From positions 2,914,001-2,978,000 of the forward strand of contig CM082590.2 in the NCBI GenBank assembly GCA_040954595.2: DNA of 64,000 nucleotides. Reading direction: 5' to 3'. Both the position numbers and the translations under genes were made by a program. The notes beneath the pieces were generated by a model. That model saw nothing but the letters and a program-made list of their open reading frames with translations. It was not told the DNA's origin and did not search any database. Positions within the stretch are counted from its first letter, which is position 1. Each line of letters starts with the position of its first letter. The DNA is from Balanoglossus misakiensis. Taxonomy: Eukaryota; Animalia; Hemichordata. Below, one piece after another: positions 28,147-39,324 of the stretch.

Positions 28147-28478
28147 TTCTGTCACAAAAAATCTGAAATTCCTCTTGCAAGCCAGTAAGTTGAGCCTTAA
28201 GGTCACCATTAATTTTGTCAATATGATCAGCTTTATCTTCAGTACATTCCAAACATTTTGTGACAGCTTCTAGTAAACATTTTTGGACTGTTTCTGTATC
28301 TAAGGGACAGTGCTGGGTATTATGGGTTTCACCCCTCTGATTCAAAAAGGAATTGACAAGACATCTAAACATACGTTCCCAAATTTGTGTTGGGAAGCGA
28401 TGAGTTAGCTTGAAATTTGTACACTGAACTAGGGTTTCCGAAGTTCCCCTTATGATTGAACCCTGCCAGATGTTTTAA
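28147..28478 (-). pseudogene. Academ transposase fragment
   Basis: LKHLAGFNHKG, a frameshift, then TLVQCTNFKLTHRFPTQIWERMFRCLVNSFL...EEFQIFCDR. Confidence 0.75.
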
Positions 28479-29274
28479 GATGGGTCCCTAGGATCTTTTT
28501 GCTCGTTGCTATGGGCCTTTATAGGACATTACACCCCGATTTGGACTAAGCCGTTTTCAGAGTCTAACAAGGGGCTGGTAACTAGTTGAAAATCTGCACG
28601 ATTGTGAGCGCGCGCCCCCTGACGCCATTGATATGCAAATTAGCTAGGTCAAATTTCAAAAGCCTAAGGCTTTTTATTCCGTGACCTCAAAAACGAACTT
28701 GATACGTATTCATTAGTTGCTTGAACCAGGGAAGATCGTGACGGATTTTGTTTTCGAATATTATCGTTGTATCCTACGATTTCAGCATACCCGTACCACA
28801 TCTGAAAAAGTCATCGATTTTGGGTGTTTTTGGACGCACTCTTCCACCGGTATCGCTTCTTAGCACGACGAAAACAGAACAAAACGATCCGTCACACTGT
28901 GCGGAAGTACGTTCTCAACAAGCAGGTCAAATTTGACTGGCGTACGTGGCCTATGAAAAAAGCCTTAGGGATTTTCGTGAACGGTACAAAATCTCTGTGT
29001 ACAAAACATTGGATTTTTAGCGTTCGATCCAGTTACTGTGGTTACAGGACGCGCACGCTATCGCTGACCGCTGCTTTGCCGTATTAGCGTGGCGGCCTAT
29101 GGCCGGGCGGTAGCTGCCGTAAACATACTCGGACATGGGGTGTGCACACAATCGTGCAGATTTTCAACTAGTTACCAGCCCCTTGTTAGACTCTGAAAAC
29201 GGCTTAGTCCAAATCGGGGTGTAATGTCCTATAAAGGCCCATAGCAACGAGCAAAAAGATCCCAGGGACCCATC
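28479..29274. mobile_element. Kolobok-like non-autonomous DNA transposon, 796 bp, ~128-bp TIRs, TTAA TSD
   Basis: TTAA (28475-28478)|GATGGGTCCCTAGGATCTTTTTGCTCG... and ...CGAGCAAAAAGATCCCAGGGACCCATC|TTAA (29275-29278). Termini are RR...YY, not the CCC of piggyBac. Confidence 0.85.
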
Positions 29275-29801
29275 TTAAGTCAGCATCCCAGAATATTTTC
29301 ATGATGACTGGTTGGTAATTTTTTAGATTATGCCAGTCTCCGATAAAAGGCTGCAACCAGTCTAAATCTGCACCATACATGTCTTTTAACTTTATCAGGT
29401 GATGGAAAGTTTTCCCATCACCAACCACAACCAGGTATTTTATTCTTACACCAACTCTGAATGTAACATATACAGCTTATTGATAATGTTATGGACAGTT
29501 TCAATAGAGTCTGCGTGTTCACTTGATATGCCCAAATAAATGACATTTGAGCATTCACTGTCATTACTGTTAGCAGTTGTTGCTAATGTTGATTTAAAAT
29601 CCCCAAATACTGTTTCTATATCAGCTCTGTGCATTGTATTTTTTGTAGAGCAAAAATGAATGCGTCAGAAAACAGTTCTGACCAAGCAATGGCTTCTTCT
29701 TGTTTAATGTCAAAATCTGACAGCGAAATTGATGACTGTGGTTGATGTTGTCTCAGTAGAGGTGGTTTAATTAAATACTACATCATCATGAACAGTATCA
29801 T
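29275..29801 (-). pseudogene. Academ transposase core, region with the second catalytic Asp
   Basis: SNVIYLGISSEHADSIETVHNIINKLY, then VVGDGKTFHHLIKLKDMYGADLDWLQPFIGDWHNLKNYQPVIMKIFWDADL. Confidence 0.85.
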
Positions 29802-31517
29802 ATGATAAACCTGGGGGTTTTATGTGGGAGCAACAGCCTATAAAATCCCATGGGGTTTTCTTTGGATACGATCGACTGAAATGTCTACTTTTGAAATGGG
29901 AAAAGAAAATTGAAAGGCTTAAAAGCGTGCTCAACATCTGGTCACGACGTAAGCTGAGCCTTTATGGCAAAATTACGGTTTTAAAGTCTTTGGCACTGCC
30001 CACAATTTACTACCTTATGCTTAATCTTGGTGCTTTTGAAACGTGGCTCACGAATATCAACCGTCTTATTTTCAAATTTCTGTGGAATGACAAGCCAGAC
30101 AAAATCAAAAGGCTCACACTCATTGCCCCTTATGATTGCGGGGGACTAAACATGCCTGACATTTTTGCCATCCATGACGCCTTTTGTTCATCATGGGTTC
30201 GTAGATTATGTGACAATTCCTCTGCCAAATGGAAGGCCTTGCCACTGCATTGGCTCGGGCACTATGGTCCAGATTTTCTTATTTTTCATTTCAATTTTAG
30301 CAACATTTCCTGTTTCCCATTTCTCGAGAGAATTCCCTTTTTCTATAAACAAGTAATTTCAGCTTGGCATAGTGCAAAAGGTGGTTGCGTCACTTTCTCC
30401 AAACTCAGTAATTTAGATGTGCGTAATCAAATTATCTGGGGTAATGTCAACATTTCAGATAATGGTAAGACTCTTTTTTTCCCTGGTTGGATTCACTCAA
30501 ATATTATCTATGTCCAGGACATTGTCGATACCAACGGCGATTTTCTTCCACCTACACTGTTGTTACAAAAACTCGAGAATAAGTCAAATTGGATAGTTGA
30601 ATGGATGAAGTTGCGGAATCTTATTCCCAGAGAATGGAAGTCTGTGTTGAAAGGTACTCAGTTGCATCAGATGCGTAGAGAAAAGAATTTTCTTCATGTC
30701 AATGGAAAAGTTTTTGTTTTACCTAATGATCTGTCTCGCCTTACTTCAAAATTTTTTACAGTATTTTTGTGCAAAATCGTTTTATTCGTCCATATTGTGA
30801 AAATACATGGAATCGTCGTTTGACCATGACTACTCCACTACAGTGGAGAACTATATGGGTTAACCAAACGACTGGATTGTGTTGTGATAGGAAACTTGCT
30901 GAATTTAACTTTAAGATTATGCATAACATTTTGCCATGTGGCATCAATCTTTTAAGATGGAAAATTAGTAAAAATGATCTATGTTGTCTTTGAAATGTAA
31001 CTGATTCTTATGAGCATCTATTTTTAAAATGTCAACGTTTAGGGGATTTTTGGCAGCGTTTATCTGCTTTGCTCAGCAAACTTGGCATATGTCATGAGGT
31101 CGACTTAGAAACTATTATTCTTGGTTACAAAACTATGTACAGTCATCCTCTTTATAGATTTGTAAACATTGTCATTACTATTGCAAAGTATTGTGTATTC
31201 GCTTCATGGGTCCATTTACAACATGATATTAACAGCATTAGAGCAAAAACCAATTTCGATATATTTTACAGATATCTACATCTTATGCACCAAATACTCA
31301 AAAGGAATAATAATCTAGATTTCACCCATTATTGGAAGAAAATCCTTGCTTCCGTCTGAGATGTAATTATTTTGTTAAACAAATGTACCTGGTGAATCTC
31401 TTTTTATATAGTATTATTTTTTATTTATTTATTTATTTATTTATTTCATCAAAACACGATTTATCTTTATGATACATGTAAGATTAAATGAATGGAAATA
31501 AAAAAAAAAAAAAAAAA
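29802..31517 (+). mobile_element. 5'-truncated L1-clade (Tx1-like) LINE with poly(A) tail and 14-bp TSD
   Basis: ORF2 C-terminus WSRRKLSLYGKITVLKSLALP...YDCGGLNMPD and a CCHC-like segment (CCL*...EHLFLKC). Poly(A) at ~31500-31518. TSD ATGAACAGTATCAT at 29788-29801 and 31518-31531. Confidence 0.93.
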
Positions 31518-33560
31518 ATGAACAGTATCATTGAATTTTTTCTCCGTAAATGTACAGGCTTTACTCACAGGTGCACTCAAACCTGTACCAGTATTTTTTG
31601 AGATAGATCTGTCAACCATGATTTTAGTATTATTTCCACAAGGAAAATTGGCCAAAATTTTATTCATTTCAGAGTCTACTGTATTTTGTGAACAAAAGCC
31701 ACTGTTTAATTCCTGACACCGTTCAAATGAATTCTTTGCATTTTCACTCACCAGACTATCTTTTCTTTTAATTAACTGCCTGTTAAGAAGCAAATCATAA
31801 TGGCCTGGTTGACCTGGCCTGTCTGGTGTGTACAAGAGACAGACAGGCTCAGTCTTGGAGAACACATCACCATCACCTCTTGCAAATATATCATTCTGCT
31901 TGGTGTATATATGTCCTTCAAAGTATATATGATTGGCACGCATTATGTCTACTGTATCTGCTCTTAACTTGTCTGTGAATATTTTCTCTCGGTCAGCTAA
32001 AATTGGGTCAGAAGGGAGTCCATTAAGTAGACGATCACAATTTCGTAATGCAAAATCATTTCTCACAGAGATGCTCCTGAAAAAGCACCTTCCATCACCA
32101 TAAATGTTGATTAGCTGAAAATCTTTGACAGTTGAATGTTTGTCATGACTGCCAAAAACAATATCATCAATACTGTTCAGAATTGACTTTGATTTTGGTT
32201 GGACCATTCGATAAGAAGTACCGTGGAAACCTCTGTCCTTTGGATCAGCTCTAACAGCTGCATATTTAGCTGATTTATCAATATTGTCAATGGAAGTTAA
32301 ACAAAATGCATTATTTGCAATATTTTCCTCTGTGAAATCAGCTGATGTTCTTTTGTTGATCACTCCCAACATGTATCTATGCAATGTATCTCCAGAACAA
32401 ATAATACCAAATCAATTTAGAATTTTCACTAGAGTAGATGACTTACTATAACCTTCAACAATGTCAGCCAGGTAAGTATGCAATGGGTAAGTACAATGAT
32501 CAGAACAAATGAACAATAGCATACACACAAAAGAAACGCCTGAGGAATCATGCTCTACTCTCCATAGAGTGCCGGTCATAAAATCCATAGTTGTGTTTAT
32601 TCCATACAAAGTTGGAGCTTTTTAATTTATTGCGTTCACTGTTGTTCAACGTTAAATATACAACAGTGTTCCATAACATAGGGTCAACCTCACTGACAAT
32701 ATATTCAACATCAAGTGTACTCAGATCAACATTGTTTGTTTTGCAGTAATTACTGAATTCTTGAGATTGCTGATAAATGCTGGCATTTAATTTCACAGCC
32801 ACCAAATCAAGCATTTTGAAAAAGTCAACGTCAACTTTACTCAAGTTTCTTACTTGCTTTTCAAGCCTCTCTATCTGTTTCTCAGCTTGCACAACATACT
32901 GAGGATGTTCGACAAGTGCATTTTGGAGGGCAATAGTGAGATCTGAACCTGTTCGGTACAAAAAGGTGGAGAACTTTCTACTCACTTTTGATACAACAGA
33001 AAGGTGAATTGGAAAATACACACATAGCAATTCCCGAATAAGCCAGCTATTAGGTTTTCTGTGGAATTCCACTCGTTGTAACTTGACATTGGGTCGCAAA
33101 GTCTGATATTCATTGTCTAAACAATCATTGAAATATTGCCTGACATCAAACAATAGAATGGCATGTTTTCTGAGGAGCACTTCTCCTAAAAAGACAACAG
33201 TTTTCCAGCATGCAAAATTCACCAAGTCGTCGTCACAGCTGCATCCTTTATTGTAGCATTGTGACATATTTTTTAATTTCTTCAGCAAGTGCTATATCAC
33301 TCGACATAATTAAGCCTTGTTGAATACTACACCTGGCTTTTTCCGCTAAAGCAACAAATGTTTTATAACATTTCAAACAAATCAGGCTGTCTTGAGTAAG
33401 GGCAAATGGTGTGTTAGTTTGTTGGTGAAATGTTTGCACCATTTCAAAATCAGGGATTTTAAACAAATTGTTTGCCCGTGATAAGCACGAAGTACACAAG
33501 GGATGGCTTTTTCTCATAGCAAGGATGTAGTGACGTTGACACAGTGGAAATGATGAAACA
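31518..33560 (-). pseudogene. Academ transposase N-terminal half: Zn finger, helical region, first catalytic Asp and inserted OTU domain
   Basis: PLCQRHY..CTSC...ICLKC; VDPMLWN; PLHTYLADIV; TSIDNID; GFHGTSYRMVQPK; then IYGDGRCFFRSIS ... VCLLY...GHYDLL. Confidence 0.8.
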
Positions 33561-34449
33561 TCCTTTAAAACCTGAGTTGTCTATACTCAATTTTGTACAC
33601 AGTCCTCCTCGCCTGAAATCAGCTCTATAATGTCGCGTAAAAAATGGCCTATTTTGCGACCCTTCAGCGGGGCCCACTCTAACAGCTACATGGTTTGAAG
33701 TACTTTCCCTCATTAACATATGTTAATGAGTACCGTGCGATCTGACTGTACAGACAGAATAACACACATCGAGAGATTAACAGGCAAACACTGGCTGACC
33801 CATAAGCGGCCAATGGCATGTGTACTGTACACACAGCAAATGGTCTCTTTAACATATAGCCAGTTATGTAAACATGCAGTTACCAATCACTGTTATTATT
33901 GACAAATTGCATCCAAGTCCAGACACAGGCTTGAATACAATGTTTAAACAATAACAACATTGCTTACCCAGCTTCACCGAGCTGAAATGATCGTTGACAA
34001 CCAGAATAATACTGAATAAAAATTCAAAAATTACAGATACAGGACCTTTCGTTGCCCACATTTTATATTACCGTGGTCTGTGCGTCGCATTTTAATTGGT
34101 CAAGATGAACGACATCACTGACCACAAATACCCAGTAATGGTTTGTTTACATGCCCGTAAATCTGAATAGTAATATTAGCAAACAGTTCAGTGAACACAA
34201 CATTTTGCATAACACAAGTTCCGGGGCCCCAAGTCTTGTGTGTGGGACATTTTCAGAAATATTGACGGTTTTCTTGAGATTGTTGGTAATGTAATGGAAA
34301 TAAATGCAGGGCTCGGGCTCTAGCTAAGCTAAAATTAATGGGCTCGGAAGCCTCGCCCATGAATTTTTGGCTTTCCCCTCGCCCTTGCCCATAAACAAAC
34401 ATTAATGGTCATGGCGTCGTGCATTATTTCTATATTGTGTTGATCTTAC

Positions 34450-34566
34450 CTGTACACTCTCCATTGACCAATCAATATTCCACAGCACAAGTGAAATAAA
34501 AAGAGCCTGCTGTATTCACACACTGGCCTTCACAAAGATCTGCTCTCTCCATATATTCATTGACAT
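34450..34566 (-). pseudogene. Degenerate calcium-binding EGF exon with an in-frame stop
   Basis: TTTCAG| (D)VNEYMERADLCEGQCVNTAGSFYFTCAVEY*LVNGECT |GTAAGA, 117 nt, phase 1-1. Confidence 0.8.
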
Positions 34567-34889
34567 CTGAAATCAAAGATAGTTATTATTATTTATTTAT
34601 TTTATTATTATTTATTTCCTAACAAATGTAATACACATACATCTTCTACAGAAAATAATAAAATTAGAAAACAAGTGAAAGCTTAAAGGATAAAAAATTA
34701 CACTTAAAAACCCCAAACAAACAGAAACAGTTCTGAAAGACAATCCCTATAAACCAAAAAAGCAATGGAATGAAATAGTGCTGATTAAAAAAAGACGAGT
34801 CTTTAAACCCCTTTGAAAACTGTCAATAGATCCAGCATTGTGGATAGAAGGTGCACAAACACTGAATCCTATTTAGCCATATGCCTTGT

Positions 34890-35103
34890 CAGTGTTCAAA
34901 ATTCATAGGAAATATCAAGCAGTCATTGTTTCTTTTAATTGCAATACATGAACCTGGGAAAGTCTAAAAGATGCCATGATACCACTAGTCAACTCCCACG
35001 CTAAATTCAACCTGTCTGTCGGACTGGTAACATTTTATTTTTACCAGTCCTACAGAAAAACAACCAGTCTCGGACTGTCGGACAGGCTTTATTTCGTACA
35101 CTG
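34890..35103. mobile_element. hAT-like MITE
   Basis: GCCTTGT|CAGTGTTCAAAAT ... ATTTCGTACACTG|GCCTTGT; 7 bp of direct repeat are visible. Confidence 0.6.
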
Positions 35104-35823
35104 GCCTTGTTAAGTTTTGAAATGCTCATTCATGGTGATGAGTTATCAAGAATATACCCGTTAAAAATTACTGTACCCTCAGAGAAGCATTTTGTAATGT
35201 CTTTAAAATGAGATGAAAACTATATGAATTTTCTAAGTGTATATTTATTCTTTGCAGAGGTAATTTATTTAGCTATAGGTTGATAATTTATGCTAATTTC
35301 ATTAAATTATGCAAATAAGTAGTGAAAATACTTGTACATGAATATATCAGACAGTCTTATAGTATCGTGTGAGGTTGATGACACATATTCTTAACCACAT
35401 ATTTCTTGATCAATTAATTGTTTTTACACCAAAGTCCTCAATATCCATGGCGATCCCTTTCTAGGAATTTTAACACTCTCTATCATTCTCATTTTAACAA
35501 AATCCCCTGAAACTTGTGTACCCTGTCAGCAAAACTTTGTCTGATTTTTAAAATACAGATTACTTTTTCTCCCTTGCAAACAAATTTTCAAAGATAAGTT
35601 TTCACATTTGTTAATTTGTTTATATTATGCATAATTATAATTGGAAAAATTCTGAGATACAATTTCAACAAACATGTGTTCAGTACGAGTGTGCGGTTGA
35701 TTTCAAATTTTAAAATGTGTGCAATGGACAGACAGGATGTGTGTTTAGCTGATTGTAACCGTAGCAATATACAATCCCCAAACAATGTAGCCACAGAAGA
35801 TATCAATATCCACAGTTACATAC

Positions 35824-35946
35824 CGGCACATGCATGGCCATCCTCCAGCAGATAGAATCCTGGTCTGCAAGTGCAGAGATAACTACCATGGGTATTCTGA
35901 CAATAGTGTTGACATGCATATCCACCACTGTGACATTCATTCATAT
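35824..35946 (-). CDS. Intact calcium-binding EGF exon (phase 1-1)
   Basis: CTCCAG| (D)MNECHSGGYACQHYCQNTHGSYLCTCRPGFYLLEDGHACA |GTATGT, 123 nt, all six Cys present. Confidence 0.85.
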
Positions 35947-36196
35947 CTGGAGGGTAAGAAGAAATTAGAAATTATTTACAAGCATTGAATTCACTTTAAT
36001 TCCTTGGATTAAAAATACAGAAAAAATAGCCAACAGCTACTACAGCTAACTTAGCAAAAATGTCGACAAAATTTTACAGTGACACTGGCGTACTCTGCCA
36101 CTGATATGAGGATATAAGAAAGGGAACTGGAATATTTTTTCCTCTGTATAATCAAATTAACAGTAAATGACTGCCATGGCAACATAACAGATGTTA

Positions 36197-36529
36197 CAGT
36201 CAAACCTGTGTTAGGTGCCACCTCTATATAGTGGCTACTCTGTTACAGTCCATATACATTGTGTTAGGTATTGGTATTTACTGTTATGTATAAATTTGCA
36301 GTGTACGAGGCTGAACGAGTGAGCATGTGCAGTTGGCAATAAAAAAACAGCATGGCTGTCTAGTTTGTACACACATGTCCTGTGTCGTCTAATCACTCTG
36401 GTATAAGCCCACAATAATATAGCAATATATTACACATTGCACATTAAATGACCTGACTGTAGAGGCCACCTTTCTATAAAGGCCAGTTAGGAAAGTCCCC
36501 TGTCTGGCCAGTATAGACAGGTTTGACTG
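36197..36529. mobile_element. Tc1/pogo-type MITE
   Basis: TA|CAGTCAAACCTGTG ... GACAGGTTTGACTG|TA. Confidence 0.7.
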
Positions 36530-36536
36530 TACCTAC

Positions 36537-36720
36537 CTCTTTGTGGCTGTGAATCTGTACCTGGCCATCTCTCCTGTGGCTGTGAGTTGATAGAATTCAC
36601 AGCAGCAATTGGTGGCATCTTACTGAACTGACTAGCATTTGCCATTTGCATGACACCCTCTGTGGCTTTCAGTGCAGCAGCTGGTGCCTGCTGGGAAGTC
36701 ATCTTTGGAGGTGAAGTTGC
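36537..36720 (-). pseudogene. MED25: MED25-like linker exon (phase 0-1)
   Basis: GGACAG| ATSPPKMTSQQAPAAALKATEGVMQMANASQF...QPQR |GTAGGT. Position and composition resemble the AAQVAAQNAVEAA region of MED25. Confidence 0.55.
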
Positions 36721-37146
36721 CTGTCCAAAAAGATTAACAAACCTAGTTAATATGGAGCATTATCAAGGCCAGTATTCAAAACCCCATTTTTAATTCATGA
36801 CTGCAATTTTTGATTCGATGTTGAGCTTGCAACTCTCAAAGTCCTATTTTCAACACACATTTGGATGGGATTGAGTTTTAGGGCTTATCAACATTAATCA
36901 CATTAAAAATTGAATTTGATTACTGAGTCTGTGGCATTATCCAAAAAAGTCTTAGCATTTACAGAGTGGGTTTCTAGCAACCAAAACAGAAGTTTTGAAT
37001 TTGTTTTGAAACAATAGTCTACTGTAAAGATAATGGTTAGACAAGGCTATGTGAAACAGTCATAAAAAGCTTTCAATTCACAGGATGGGTAACTAGAAAC
37101 AGCTATTTTATTATATAATAAAGTAGAAGGTAGACCACAACTGTAC

Positions 37147-37401
37147 CTGGGTGATGAAAATTGTCTCAATGGGATAAATGAAACAGTCACATTGGGTTGT
37201 TGTGTCCTGTTTGCTGTGACAGCGGATACTGGTTGGTTGGGTAAACTGGTAGGCTGACCAAAAGGCATTGATGACCTTTGACCTTGGCCCTGCATCTGGG
37301 GCTGACTTGGTTGAGTCAATTACTGTTGATTTGTGACTTTTAATTTGCATTTTTTGGTTCTCGCGAAGTTCACAATAATTTCCTGTTTGACAGTAATTCA
37401 T
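37147..37401 (-). pseudogene. Probable P/Q-rich linker exon of the MED25-like gene; reading frame ambiguous
   Basis: AATAG| ... CCCAG|GTACAG, containing QPSQPQMQGQGQRSSMPFGQPTSLPNQP. Confidence 0.4.
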
Positions 37402-37494
37402 CTATTGCAAACAAAGAAAATATGTCTACCTAGGATAGAATGACTGGAACAGGTGCAGATCACTAGTATACAAAGCCAGTTCCTCCAAAACAAT

Positions 37495-37625
37495 GAGAGG
37501 TAAAGTGCTGCGCTCAAGGGCACAATATCGCGGTCATGAAGTCACCATCCTCAAAACCCACGGCCATGTCCAGGTCTGGTTCTTGAACCCACAACCCTGT
37601 GCCCTCACCACAAGGCCATGATGTC
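37495..37625 (-). mobile_element. tRNA-derived SINE fragment
   Basis: GCTCAAGGGCACAA core and a B-box-like GGGTTCAAGAACC on the minus strand. Confidence 0.4.
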
Positions 37626-38650
37626 TCCTCAAACTCTCCTCAAAAGTCTCCTGCTTTAGTCTAATCATTGTTAGAAATACTTTCTGCTTTGACCTTTTAC
37701 ATGAAGGATTTGATGCATACACACAGGCCAGTTGACAAGGAAAGCCTCTCAACATTGGTAAAACTGCATAATAATGATACATTGTAATTGAATATATTTG
37801 TGAACAAAAACAATCATGGCCTTTACACTATTAGCTACAACATCTAACCCTCAAACCAATCTGATGAAAATATTTTTTGACCCAAAAATGGAGTAGAACA
37901 ATTTGCATCTTTTATAGAGCAGAAAAACAACAGTTCATAAAAACAATGAAAGTGTCCTTTTGATATCCTATGGCAAAATCTTTTCTTGGTCCCATCAAAG
38001 TTATAACTGCCTTTTTTATTTGAAAATTTGACAAAAAAGCCAGAGCGAATAATAATATGTGATGTGTAATAAATATTAATAAATATATTACTACCATTTT
38101 ATGGAAGTACCCATTTAGAGTAATGAAAACTTTAACAAACCACAAAAAAGGTTTTGTACATCACCACAATAGGATGAATTGGTTGTAAATGGCCATGTAA
38201 ACATGTTGTATATTTGTCCTGTGAACTTTAGAATCTGGATTGTATGATTTCAAATATTTGCTCAGCAACAGATACCCAAGCCGTCACGCAGTTACACCCA
38301 TTGGAAAATGGTATCACCCACACCAAGGTGGATGGAAGTTGGTCCTGGCGCTTTTTTTCCCATGATTCAAATTACAGTTAAGGCCATATTATAAATTCTG
38401 CCAACTTTCCCTCGATTTTGTAAAATACCTGACGTCTTATACTTGACGAATATGTTTTTTTTTTCTGAAAGAGTGACCTCAAAGCTACCAAATTATGTAG
38501 AAATCAGCTGGACCGGATTTCCCCTTTGAAAACAGTAAAACACAGGTGCAAGCTTTCTTTTATTATGGGTATGGCAGAGAAAGCTTTTGACTGCTGTCAA
38601 AATTCTCTGGCAAACACAGAAGGATTATGAAACTGAAAATGTTGATAATA

Positions 38651-39176
38651 CAGTGAAACCTGTCAATACAGACATCTCTCTAATCAGGACAGATTGTTCA
38701 AGACAAAAGTAATGGCTTGAATAGAATATTACATGCACATTTCTATTAAGGACACCTCTCTTTTAAAGGGACAAAGTCTCTCTCTCGCTGCCCTTTTTTC
38801 CATTAATAATGTTTGATACAAGACACTGTTTATGTTAATGTACATGTGTATATGTAGTGAATGAACATTCAACCATACACAACTTCCATCCCGCGTGTAT
38901 GATATGGGAGTAAAAACTCACCCAAAACGAATAAATGGTAGAGACTGATTATTCATTTTGGCGATTTTTTTCACTCTCATGTCCACAAGCAGGATGGACT
39001 TTGTGTGTGGTTGAATATTGATTCACCATATATCCACATGTAGAAAAAACATAAATGGTGTCTTGTATCAAATATAATTAATGGAATAAGGGGCAGCGAG
39101 CGAGAGAGAGAGCCTGTATCCCTTAAAGGACATGTTGTGTGATCCCAGAGGTGCCCTTACTTGGCAGGTTTCAATG
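38651..39176. mobile_element. pogo-type MITE containing a nested ~330-bp fold-back (38778-39112)
   Basis: TA|CAGTGAAACCTGTCAA ... TTGGCAGGTTTCAATG|TA. The internal arms CTCGCTGCCCTT..TTTGATACAAGACAC and GTGTCTTGTATCAAA..AAGGGGCAGCGAG are reverse complements. Confidence 0.7.
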
Positions 39177-39324
39177 TACTTCGCACATCAGTTGTACTCC
39201 ACTGTCGGTATCGAATCATTTCCTGGTTGACATGGTGAGTTTTACATAAACAGATAAACCACCTCAAAAAGTGGGGCCCATAATTAGAGAATGGTCTTTA
39301 ACCTCACAATTTTACCATAATTAC

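Larger units (their letters stand above)
22772..33748 (-). mobile_element. Fossil Academ-like DNA transposon with OTU-containing transposase, interrupted by nested insertions
   Basis: Collinear transposase fragments span 33560 to 24448. Candidate TIRs CAGTCAGATCGCACGGT(G/A)CTCATT at both ends, flanked by TACA at 22768-22771 and 33749-33752. The boundaries are less certain than the coding content. Confidence 0.7.

Noticed and set aside
28479-29274. piggyBac assignment based on the TTAA TSD
   Set aside because: Termini are GA...TC rather than CC(C/T)...(A/G)GG, which fits Kolobok better.
29822-30823. Functional 333-aa gene
   Set aside because: It is a 5'-truncated LINE ORF2 lacking the endonuclease and RT core, with a downstream frameshift and stop.
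39180-39265. Possible next MED25 exon or EGF remnant (NSPCQPG...IPTVE on the minus strand)
   Set aside because: No convincing splice sites or open frame, and the similarity is too short to support.
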